Shown piece after piece: positions 46,193 to 56,120 of a DNA stretch of 64,000 nucleotides; within the stretch, counting starts at the first letter, position 1, and the number at the start of each line of letters is the position of its first letter. Both the position numbers and the translations under genes were made by a program. Under the pieces are notes generated by a model, which saw only the letters and a list, made by a program, of their open reading frames with translations, was not told where the DNA came from and made no database searches. The DNA is from Diplonema japonicum (taxonomy: Eukaryota > Protista > Euglenozoa: Diplonemea). The stretch lies in the NCBI GenBank assembly GCA_964019335.1, contig OZ025712.1, positions 248,001-312,000 on the forward strand. The letters are read 5' to 3'.

Positions 46193-48704
46193 TTTTTTTT
46201 TTTTTTTTCTTTTCTCTACCCGAAGTGTCTTGTTTCTTTAAAAAAATAATAATGGAGGACAAAAAAATTTTTTTTAAAAAAAATGGAACAACTGAAAGGA
46301 GAAACCTGAGAAAACAGAAAAGAAGAAGAAAAGTAAAAAAAAAATAAAAAATAAAAAAGAATAACAGGCATAACACAAAACTAATCAAAAGAAGAAAAGT
46401 TTTATAGGAGAAAAAGAAGAGATGTAGCGCTCCCATTGTTGGATGAGGGGGGGGGGGGGGGGGGGTGAAGATGAAAGGGGAACAGAGTGCGAAACTCACA
46501 TTGTCTTTTTTAAAAAAAAAGGTATCCTTTTTTATTTTCCCCTTCCTTTAAAAGGAAAAGGAGGAAAAATCCCCAACGATAGCACAGCAACACTCTTTCT
46601 TCTTTTTCTTTTCTTTTTTTTTCCCCCTTCTTTTTTTTCTTCTTCCCTTTTTGTTGAGCTTATTGAGGATTTAAAAAAAAAAAAAAAAAAAGAACCGTTC
46701 TGTCAAAACTATTGCTCTCTGGCGCTTGATTAAAAGGGAAACCCACCACCTGTTTCCCTTCTTTTTTTTTTCTTCTTGTTTTACTCCAGCCAAAATTCTT
46801 CTTGGTGTGGTGACTACCAACGGGCCTGAAAATCTAGCAACCGCTGAGTTTAGAAAAAAAAAAGGGGGGAGGGACAAATTCCATGAAACAATCATTCGAA
46901 TTCTTTTTTTCTATTGCACTAGCCCCCTTCCCCCTCCTCTAACGCCAGAATCAAAATAGGTTTTTTTTAAAAAAGAAATTAACATCTACTCAAAAATAAC
47001 CCATATCTCGAAAACTCATTTTTTTCTTTTTTGGTACTCTTTTTCCTTAGGAGGACACAGAAATGCTGTTATTTTTTTTTTTCCAACGCAACGCAAACTC
47101 GTTTCCGGGGAGTGTTTAAAAGGAAAACTTAGTTACCAAAACAAATTTTAGAGATATGGGCGTAAATCTTTCAAGAGGGGAGAGAAGAGGGAACAAAAAA
47201 AAAAGGAGAGGGGTGGATTGAAAAAAAAAAAAAAACTGGTTTTGAACTAAACAACATAATCCTCAAAGGAGTTCTGAAAAAAAAAGAGGAGAAAAAAAAA
47301 AAAAAAGGAGGTTCTCCCCTTGCCTCGGCGTATCTTTCCCTTCTGAGGGGGAAAATTACGAGGGGGGAAATTTACGTTGAAAATTAAAAAAAAAAAAAAA
47401 AAAAAAATAGCTATTATTTTACACTGCACAGTCGCAAAGAAAAAGTTTAAAAAAAAAAAATATATATATATATATATATACTGTAAAACAAGAAATGGAC
47501 GAATGGGACAAATGCTCGCGTGTTTTCCCTCCTTCGGAGAAGAAGCACGTAGGGGGTGTTCTTGCCAAGATTCAATTCGGCCCAGCTTTTCTTAATACAG
47601 ACCAAGCTACCCTGCGGCAACCTCATCCCTCCTTCCTGTAAAAAAGATTTTTTTAAACCCGAACTGACGAACGTTCGGGGCGTGCTTTTCTATTCTTCTC
47701 TCTTTTTTCTTTTTTTTTTTTCTCCCCCGCTTTCACGATGTATGTCCGTTCGTCGAATTTTGTGTTGTACAGTATATAAAAAAAAAAAAACTTTTTTCAT
47801 TCTATCTTTCTTTCTTCCCTCCCCCCCCCTTTTTTTTAAAAAAATCTGTTTCTCATTTAGGTTAATAAAACAGGGAATAATAAATGGGGGGGGGGGGGAA
47901 ATATCTATGTGCGGCAAAAAAAAATCCTAGTTCTCTCCCCCCCCCTTTTTTTCCTTCATAAATTCACTATTTTTGGGAGGAAAAGAGGGGGGAATGTGTT
48001 TTTTTCCCCTAAAAGTGTTAGCACTGGTAGCGTAGCTAAATAGCGTCATAGTATCTAATGCTAATGAATACACCCCCTGGAATTCTTTTTTCCTTTTTTT
48101 TTTCCTCGAAGGGGGGAGGGATTCTTTTTGATCCCCAGATACTATGATGCATTAGATTTCAAGAAAGGGGGGAAGGGGGGGAGAATAAACCCCCCCATCA
48201 TATCTCTAAAACCTGTCAAGTCGCGCAGCTGCATTTTTTTTTTTTTTTTCCCCGACGGGGTTTTTTTAAAGATATGGCGGGGGGGGGGGGGGCAATATTA
48301 ATAATAATTAGAGGCGGGAAAAAGAAGGGGGGAGGAGACCCAGTAGCGCAGCCACACTCGGAGGGGGTGAACGAGGGAGGGTCCCTTCCCCCTTTCTTTT
48401 TCACTCAACCATCATTGAAAGGAGAACAAGGTACATTTCAGGCGCGCGGTGCGCGGAAGAAAAAATAGGAGGGGGGGGAGGGGGTTGTATTTTTTTAGTT
48501 TTGGTTTTGTCTTGGTTTTAAAAAAAGTTTAAAAAAAAAATGCGCACAGCTACACTCGGAGGAAGAATACCATCCTTTTGCTATTTTGATATTTTTCTTG
48601 CCCCCCCCCGCTCCCCCCGTTTGTGCAATCGCACTTTGAAAGTGTTCCCAGCCCAAAGAATATTCTACAGCACGCCACAGTGGTGGGAAGGGAATGGAGG
48701 ATGG

Positions 48705-48746
<42 letters not shown>

Positions 48747-49321
48747 AAGAGAAAGGGAGAAGTGCACGCTATGCTAGGCCGCTAAAGCCCCATGCCAGGC
48801 AATCTTCGGGGAGAACAAAAAAAAAAATGGGGAAGGGAAGGGATAAACATTTTCCTCGTTCATTTTTTTTCTTTATTTCTTTATTTCTTTTTTTTTTTTG
48901 CAGCCCCCCGAAACCCCATTTGCTTGAAAAAAAAAGTCAAAATTTCAATAAGACTTCTTTTTCTCCCCCCCCCCATTCCCCTTCTTCTATTTCTTTCAGA
49001 TCCGTTCGAAGGACATAGAGAGAAAAAAAAAAGAAGGGGAAATAGAAGACCGGCAAGCGATCAACCGTTCAAACAAAAGTTGTCTTGACAGAAAACTAAG
49101 TGTGAAAAGGGAATGGGAAAGAACTTTTTTTTTTGTCATCAAATAAAAGGTGTCGGCAGAGAATGTGTGCACATTTGCGTGTTGTGTATAGTTGGTGTTT
49201 GATTTTTTTTTAATTGCATGCCCAAGCCACCCCCCCCCCCCCCCCCCCGTTTATTTTTATTGGTCTTTGTTTTGATTGAGACAGCCGAATATTTGTCTTC
49301 TCTTTTCCAGATCCTTACAAA

Positions 49322-50675
49322 TCACATAAAAACAGGTTCGTCATTCCAAGTAAAATCCCTGAATGGGTCACGATCACTGCTGGTGACATCATCAGAAAAG
49401 GACTGCTGTTTTTTTTTTTTTTTTTTTTTCCCCTCACACACACACCTGATGGGAAGACAAATCCAGGCTCGGTTTTCCAGGAGAATCCTCCTCCAACACC
49501 CGGGCAGGCGGGGGCAGCCTCTTCGCGTGCAAAAGTTCCCAGTCCATGCCCGAGAAATAAGGTAGCTTCTTGATCTGCGCGAGACATGATACACGGCTTG
49601 CCACCTCCTTGGCAAATGCTAGCCTCAGAACCTCAAGAACTTCATTTGAAAGACAGTCCGGGAAGTCGGGTGAACTGTACAAAATCAAATCGTAGAGTTT
49701 AGCTGGGTACTCGCTGTGGAAGGGGAGCTTTCCGGTTAACATCTCGAAGAGGAGGATTCCCCATGACCACCAATCCACGGACGAACCGCCAGCTTCACCT
49801 CGTATCACTTCCGGGGCTAGATATTCAGGAGTGCCGCAAAAAGTTCCGGCTGTTTCGTTAGGTGATTCGACGACAGTGTTCAACCTCTTGGCTAGGCCGA
49901 GATCTGTAAGAACAGCGTGGCCCTCCTTGTCCAACACCACATTTTCGGGTTTCAAATCCCGGTAAACCACATTATTGTCATGGAGGAACTGAAGCGCTAA
50001 GGCTATTTCAGCAGAGTAGTATTTCGATTTTTCCTCACAGAATTTTTTTTCGTGGCGGAGGTGGTGGAGAAGTTCCCCCCCGGAGAGAAACTCGAGGACT
50101 AAGTGCATTTTGTCTTGGTGCATGAAGACATGGTGGATCTGCACAATAAAAGGGTGCTTCATCTTTAGCAGGATGTTGAGTTCTTGTGAAACAGATTCCT
50201 CGCCGGAAACCCGAATCTTGTTTATCTTCTTCACCGCGTACTCAATTCCAGTTTTCCTCCTTCTCACTAATGTTACCTCGCCGAATGCACCGTTTCCTAT
50301 CACCTTCAGGGTTTCAAAATCGTCCGCGCAAACTGCGTCCCAGGATGCAGGGGTGCTTCCCCCTGATAGAATCCTGACGCCGGACCTTGCCAGGAAATGC
50401 AGCCATACGGATTTATTGCCCACGGAGTCCGCGCTTAGGTGGTATCTTCTGCTTAAGTTAGGGCCTTCTAATATAAAGCCGCCTTCCTTATCGTCGTCCT
50501 TCGCCCAGGCGCCCTTAACGTTGAGGACTCCTGCGGGTTTCTCGTTGGGGGCCTTGAAGTAGTACATGTAGTTTCCGTGGATTTCGAACCACCGGCGTTT
50601 GTATCCTTGTATCAACCCGGCGCCTTTCTTTCGAAGCCAGCCCGAGTGCGATTCGGACCCGGTTTTGTCTGGCAT
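49322..50675 (-). CDS. PH-domain AGC kinase (Akt/PKB-like)
   Basis: SGWLRKKG..YKRRWF PH domain; YRDLKPEN, DLG, TFCGTPEYLAPE. Intron 49403-49445 adds the hydrophobic motif FRDFTW. Confidence 0.92.
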
Positions 50676-50863
50676 TTTTTTTTTTTTTTTTTTTTTTTAA
50701 ATACAAGTGTAAGCAATCTTATGTTGCTTACCCCCTCCCCCCTCCCACTTCCCCCCCGCCTCCTCCTTGGTGGTTTATTATTTATTACAAAAAGAGGGGA
50801 AGGGACAAAAAGAAAAAAAAAGAAAACAAAGGCAAATATTCATTACATTCACACACACCCCTC

Positions 50864-52621
50864 TCAACTCGCAACGTAAATCCATATCAATCCAGAAGAG
50901 TCTGAAAAACATATTATCGGCTGAAATTTTAATTTTTCAAAAAAAATATTTTTTTTTTTTCTTTTCCCCCACCCCACCCATACCTGTGCGGAATGGAGCG
51001 CGATAGAGGTAACGGTGTATCTAGGGGGTTGGTTTTTGTGAGGGGACGCCATCAGCTGCCTTCCATCGAGAAGGTTGAGCTCTGCGGTGAGACTGCCTGT
51101 AGCGACAGAGTGGACGGAGAGGTGAGATGATGTGGAAGAGAACACATAAGAGGAATTCGAAGTAGCTTCCCAGGTAGTAATTTGGTATTTAGACGTGATG
51201 ATAGGCTCCTGCGACCAGGACGTCCCCAACCACGAGGACAAAACGATCGCTTTATCATCAGAAGTCGACCAAAGAACCGAAAGCCCTGCAGAACCATGAA
51301 GCGCTGTAAAAGACCGAACGCCGCTTGGCATTTCAAGCTTCCGAAGAAGCTGGCCTTGCTGAAAATCCCACACCAAGAAAAACGCCTCGGCTGCTTCGGT
51401 ACCTATAGTACCCGCCAACAAAGGACGGTCCAAATCAAGCAAACTTATACAGTGAACGACAACAGACATTTTGTGGTTCAACAGCGGCATTGTGATCGAT
51501 GCTGCGGGGTCCCAATTCGGTGCGAGAAACGGTGTAATTTTCACACACTCCGACGCTGTAAAAGCAAGGCACTCGTCAGTAGACCAAGAATGCGACAGAA
51601 TACAGTTCACAGCCCGTGTGTGCAGATGCGTTGTGAAATGCGCCGTCACCTCGCTGGGAGTAACCTTCGCACCGATGAACCCTCCACTTGTCGTTCCTAA
51701 AAATACCATTTGCGTGTCAGGTGGTACCAAAACACATGCAAAATTTTCTCCTTCCGGCGGTTTTAAACTTCCGACCCGTTTCACTCGAACGGCTTGTGCT
51801 GCTTTAGAACGTTCACCTGTATTGGTGTCATCCTGCACGCAGAATGGGGTAACTACTTCTTTTTCCTCGCTTGTGAACACATAGACAAATACTATGGTTT
51901 CACTCCACAGGCACAGCGTGCAAGGATACCCACCGACTGCGACTTTATATCTGTTTACATCGCCTTCTGGCGGGATAATGTACCCAGCTTGGTGTAGAAC
52001 ATTGTCTTCATTGACTGCCCATTTGTACGCGCCTTTTCGTTGCAGGCAGGTCGCCACCGCTTCCTCGTCAACCACGATTTCAGATTTGTTCCCAGAGAGG
52101 TATTTTCCTAACGGTGTGCCGTCGATTGGTGTTTCCGGTTTTCTAGGTGGGGTTTGAGGTGTGTCGATGGATGAAGCATCATATACAAAATTCGGTTTCG
52201 TGACAGGGGTAGTAGGAGCCAATGAATCCGGGATCGACCATGGGAGGTGCAACGGGTCGGCAAATGTTGAAGCTTCTCCTGGTGTCATATATGAGTCTTG
52301 GATATTAAAGTCGATTCCTGTTTCGACGTTGCCTTCAAACTGCGGGGTGCACGGTACCATTATGGGTTGTGAGATGGATGTTGTTGCTTGTCTGCTGGCT
52401 TCTCCTCTTATTAGTTCTGTTGCTTCGCTTCCGAAGTCGCTGCCCGGGGTAGTGGTGGTTGTGTCCTGTTGTTGGTGTTGTTCGTGCTGTTGTTGCCTCT
52501 CCTCTTCGAGCCTTTTCACGATGTCGCGCCGCTTCTCCAGAAGCTTCACGATGCATAAGGGCACCGTCTCCTCCTCGCCTTCGGATTCATTCTCTTCTCG
52601 TTTTCGCTTCCGTGTTTCCAT
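50864..52621 (-). CDS. hypothetical protein with a C-terminal beta-propeller (WD40-like)
   Basis: Long ORF; HTRAVNCI, FLVWDFQQG, LSVHSVATG; probable intron 50921-50983. Confidence 0.7.
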   Translation of the reverse strand: METRKRKREENESEGEEETVPLCIVKLLEKRRDIVKRLEEERQQQHEQHQQQDTTTTTPGSDFGSEATELIRGEASRQATTSISQPIMVPCTPQFEGNVETGIDFNIQDSYMTPGEASTFADPLHLPWSIPDSLAPTTPVTKPNFVYDASSIDTPQTPPRKPETPIDGTPLGKYLSGNKSEIVVDEEAVATCLQRKGAYKWAVNEDNVLHQAGYIIPPEGDVNRYKVAVGGYPCTLCLWSETIVFVYVFTSEEKEVVTPFCVQDDTNTGERSKAAQAVRVKRVGSLKPPEGENFACVLVPPDTQMVFLGTTSGGFIGAKVTPSEVTAHFTTHLHTRAVNCILSHSWSTDECLAFTASECVKITPFLAPNWDPAASITMPLLNHKMSVVVHCISLLDLDRPLLAGTIGTEAAEAFFLVWDFQQGQLLRKLEMPSGVRSFTALHGSAGLSVLWSTSDDKAIVLSSWLGTSWSQEPIITSKYQITTWEATSNSSYVFSSTSSHLSVHSVATGSLTAELNLLDGRQLMASPHKNQPPRYTVTSIALHSAQVWVGWGKRKKKNIFFEKLKFQPIICFSDSSGLIWIYVAS

Positions 52622-52724
52622 TTTTTTTTTTTGCCCTTTTTTTTTTAAAAATTTTTTTTTTCCCCATTCAAATATTAAAATAAAAAAAAAAAAAAATTTT
52701 TTTTTGTAGTTTGTAAAAACCCTG

Positions 52725-53042
52725 TTATATTGCAGTTAAGAACTCAACCAGACCCTCTTTCACCGGCAGTTTTTTGTCGATGCAGAATCGCACGCCGGTG
52801 TCAAGGAGCGGGGCGATCTGCCTTTCTCTTAGGTAGTTCTTCGCTTCATCGATCTCGGGTTTCGTGAGGGGCTCCTCCTCCTCCTCTGTTTCGACATCTT
52901 CGCCTCCCTTCTGCAAAAATTCAGTGATCGCCCTTTTATGGTCAATGGGCCTCTCTCGGACCAGCATCTTGCTGACGGCTTCCATCACCATCCATATTTT
53001 GTTCTGAATCAGATATATGTCGCGGTCACCCGTCATAACCAT
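52725..53042 (-). CDS. small protein with two RIIa/Dpy-30-like dimerisation motifs
   Basis: YLIQNKIWMVMEAVSKMLVRERPID..ITEFL and YLRERQIAPLL....LP...LVEFL. Confidence 0.6.
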   Translation of the reverse strand: MVMTGDRDIYLIQNKIWMVMEAVSKMLVRERPIDHKRAITEFLQKGGEDVETEEEEEPLTKPEIDEAKNYLRERQIAPLLDTGVRFCIDKKLPVKEGLVEFLTAI

Positions 53043-53217
53043 CCCCCCCCCCCCCCCCCAATCTCTTCTTTGCGTGCGGAAAGAAAAAGAAGAAAGAAGT
53101 AAATAAAAAAAATAACAAAGAAAAAGAAAGAAAAAGAAACCTCCCTCTTCCTCTACTATATATTCCGTTGATCGTATGTAGCGAGAGGGGTTATAACAAG
53201 AAAAAGGTGTCTTTGAA

Positions 53218-53245
53218 GGAACCTGCAGTATGTGACAGGATCGCC

Positions 53246-53284
<39 letters not shown>

Positions 53285-55099
53285 ACCCCCTAACGGAGAG
53301 AGTAAACACGCAAACAACAAAAAGAAGAAATACCACCCCCCCCCCTTTTTTTCATAAAACGCCTGAAATCCCCATTTGCATCGCAAGTTTTGTCCATCGA
53401 GCTGACTGAATAGCCTCGGTGATCATGGGGAAAACCACGTCTGGAGGAAGGTTACCGGCTTCAATCCGGTGTATAGGGCACGTGAAGGAGGTGAGCAAAG
53501 GGTTCAGATTCTTGTGGTACGCCACAAGCCGCTCCTTGATGGCGTCAACAGTGTCGTCGCTTCGTTGCAGGAGCCTCGACTTGACCTCGGGAGGCGGGGG
53601 TTTAAAGGTCAGATGGTACACAGCCCCTGTTTCTGGGTCGGTTCTGCGACCGGTTATCCTTTGTGAAACCACGTCATCGGGGACATTTAGCAACACGATC
53701 CCGTCGCTTACGATGCCTTCCTTGATCATGGCTCTGGCCTGGTTCACCGTTCTGGGAAATCCGTCTAGCAACCACCCATGCTCGCGTACATCGTCCTTGC
53801 TCATTCTCTGCAACAGCATTTCGATGACAAGTTCATCCGGAACAAGCTGGCCTTTCGTCATGTAAGATTGCGCGGTTGTTCCCAACGAAGATTTCGATCT
53901 TACCTCGGAACGGAGAAGATCACCGGTGGATATGTGTACAAAGTTAAAAGTTTTGACAAGCATCTGGGGGGAGGGAATTTTTTTTTTAAAACATTATTCA
54001 TACCTCACATTGGGTTCCCTTCCCCCCTGCGGGAGGTCCCGCGATGATGATTTTCGGTGTGCTGACGTTCCCCAAGCTTTCTCGCAAGAACCGCACCGGG
54101 TCGGCGGGCTTCACGTTCACAGTGCCCTGCACTATCGCGCCCACCATGTGTTCCATGGAGTGCGTTTTAAAGTACTTCTCGGCCGTTGAGCTTGGCGGCA
54201 TTGATATCTTGATAGTTTTGACGCTCTTTTTTGCCGATTCTTGGTAAATCGTGTTTACAAGCCCTGCCCCCGACCCCTGCGACACAACCATCAAGACTGC
54301 CAAGGCGCATACTATAGTCAGTATAAGCTTGATTTGCTGCGAGGACGGCATTTTGTTTTCTTTCTCGGGGGTTTTATTTTATCCTTTCCCCCCCTCTCCT
54401 CACCCACCTATTCCGATGTGCGGGGGGGGGGGGGGGGGGCAGTGACAATATGAATAATGATTGTGTTGGGATAGTGGGGGGGGGGGGGGGGGGGGAAGAG
54501 GGCGTTTAGAATGGCAAGGTGGACACAACAACAAAAAAAAAAGAGAAAAAGAAGGGAGGAGGCCTTTTTTTTTTTGACGCACACTTCACTCAGGAAGGTT
54601 TATCGGAAATCTCAGCGTCTTCTCCCTCCATCGTCGCACATATTCTTTTTTTTTTCTTTTTTTATAGGCGATCCTGTCACATACTGCAGGTTCCCTTCAA
54701 AAACATCTTTTTTTTCTTCTTTTTTCTCTCTCTTCTCACCGCCTCAAAAAAAAAAGCGTTTTAAAAGAAAAAAAGCCCAAAGGGAATCAGTAAGGGAAAC
54801 TTCCTTGGGTCCGGTAAAAAAAAAAAAAAAAAAACACTTTTTTTTTTTAGAGACATGAAGCACCCATTAATCAACTTTCGTTCTTCTAAGGAGGAACAGA
54901 GGAGGGGGGGAGGGGAGAAAAAACTATGGGGGAGGGGGGGGAAGTGTTCTACGGTACACTCGCCAATCCAATTGATGCACCCCTTCAAAAAAAAAAACTA
55001 ACTCTGATTGGTAGGTGCGTGTGTGTGTTCACTTTTGCTCTTTCTTGACGGTGAGTCAACGAAACCTCCACTGAGCCTGCAAGTAACTAACAGGATCGC
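53218..55099. repeat. three-copy repeat: 53218-53246 (+), 54666-54694 (inverted, perfect 29 bp), 55076-55099 (+, diverged)
   Basis: ggaacctgcagtatgtgacaggatcgcct versus aggcgatcctgtcacatactgcaggttcc; third copy cctgcaagtaactaacaggatcgc. Confidence 0.88.
53352..54351 (-). CDS. adenylate kinase with N-terminal signal/TM and a Dpy-30/RIIa-like domain
   Basis: GPPAGGKGTQCE|ML..HISTGDLLR, GWLLDGFPRT, RRTDPETGAVYH, QRSDD; intron 53964-54003. Confidence 0.93.
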
Positions 55100-55340
55100 T
55101 CGAACAGGGGGAAGGGGGGGACTCAAACACAGCAACCCCCATCTTCGGCCCTTTTTTCCCCTCTTTTATCTTCTCGAACAACGAGAATGAAAAAAAAAAA
55201 AAAAAAAAAAAAAGAAGTCCAACAGCCCCCTTATCACATGCAGAAGTTGTGTAAAGGTAAAAATTGGGTGCACAGAAAAGGGGGATGAAGCAAGTTTTAG
55301 CTCTCAGTATAACAACAATTGCCTCCTCTCTCTCTCTCTC

Positions 55341-55374
<34 letters not shown>

Positions 55375-56120
55375 CACACTACCCATACAGGCCAAAGTAA
55401 AAAAAAAAAAATTCACTATGATAGGAACGAAGTGGATAGCAACGGCCCGCCGCGGTGGCGTGCCTCCACCAAAAAAAAGAGTTTTCCCCACTGAGATGGG
55501 AGATGCTAGCAACAGCCACAGCGAAACTAAAAAAAAAAGAAAAAAAGAAAGAAAAAAAGCGGGGGGGGCGAATAGAGATTAAAGAATCCCGAAGGAAAGA
55601 AGAATCACAAACCAGAACAGAAGGAAGGAAGTAGGGTGGTGGGGGTGGGTGGGTATCGAAACGTACAAAGGACAGCAGAGAAGGCTGGGTGTTGGCTTTA
55701 AGAAGGAACCTTTCACAAGGTCCCAGAAACTCTGCCAAAAAAAAAATTCATTTCTTCTTCTTCTAATTGCTTCCTCCCTGTCTTCCACGAATATAGAGTG
55801 TAAAATAGAATAAAAAAAAAGAAAGAAAGAAAGAAAGAAAGAATAATAAATAAATAAATAAATAAATGCCCACTCTGATCATAAGTACACAGGTGATCAA
55901 AAAACTTATTTTTTCTTCTTCTTCTTCTTCTTCTTCTTTTATTCTTTTCCTTTTTCTTTTCTTTCCCCCCCTTCCCTTCCCCTAAAAAATACAAAAAAAA
56001 TTTTTTTCTCCCTCTTTTTTTTTTTTTTTTTACTCCGAAGGATGACCAGTACAAAAAGTTAAGAATTAATTCTCTAGTCGTAAGAAAAAAAAAAAAAAAG
56101 AAAAAAATCACTGAGTTGTT

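Noticed and set aside
53201-54711. Pack-type transposon that captured adenylate kinase
   Set aside because: No TSD or superfamily-type terminus, and a third copy lies outside; kept as an RNA-pairing hypothesis instead.
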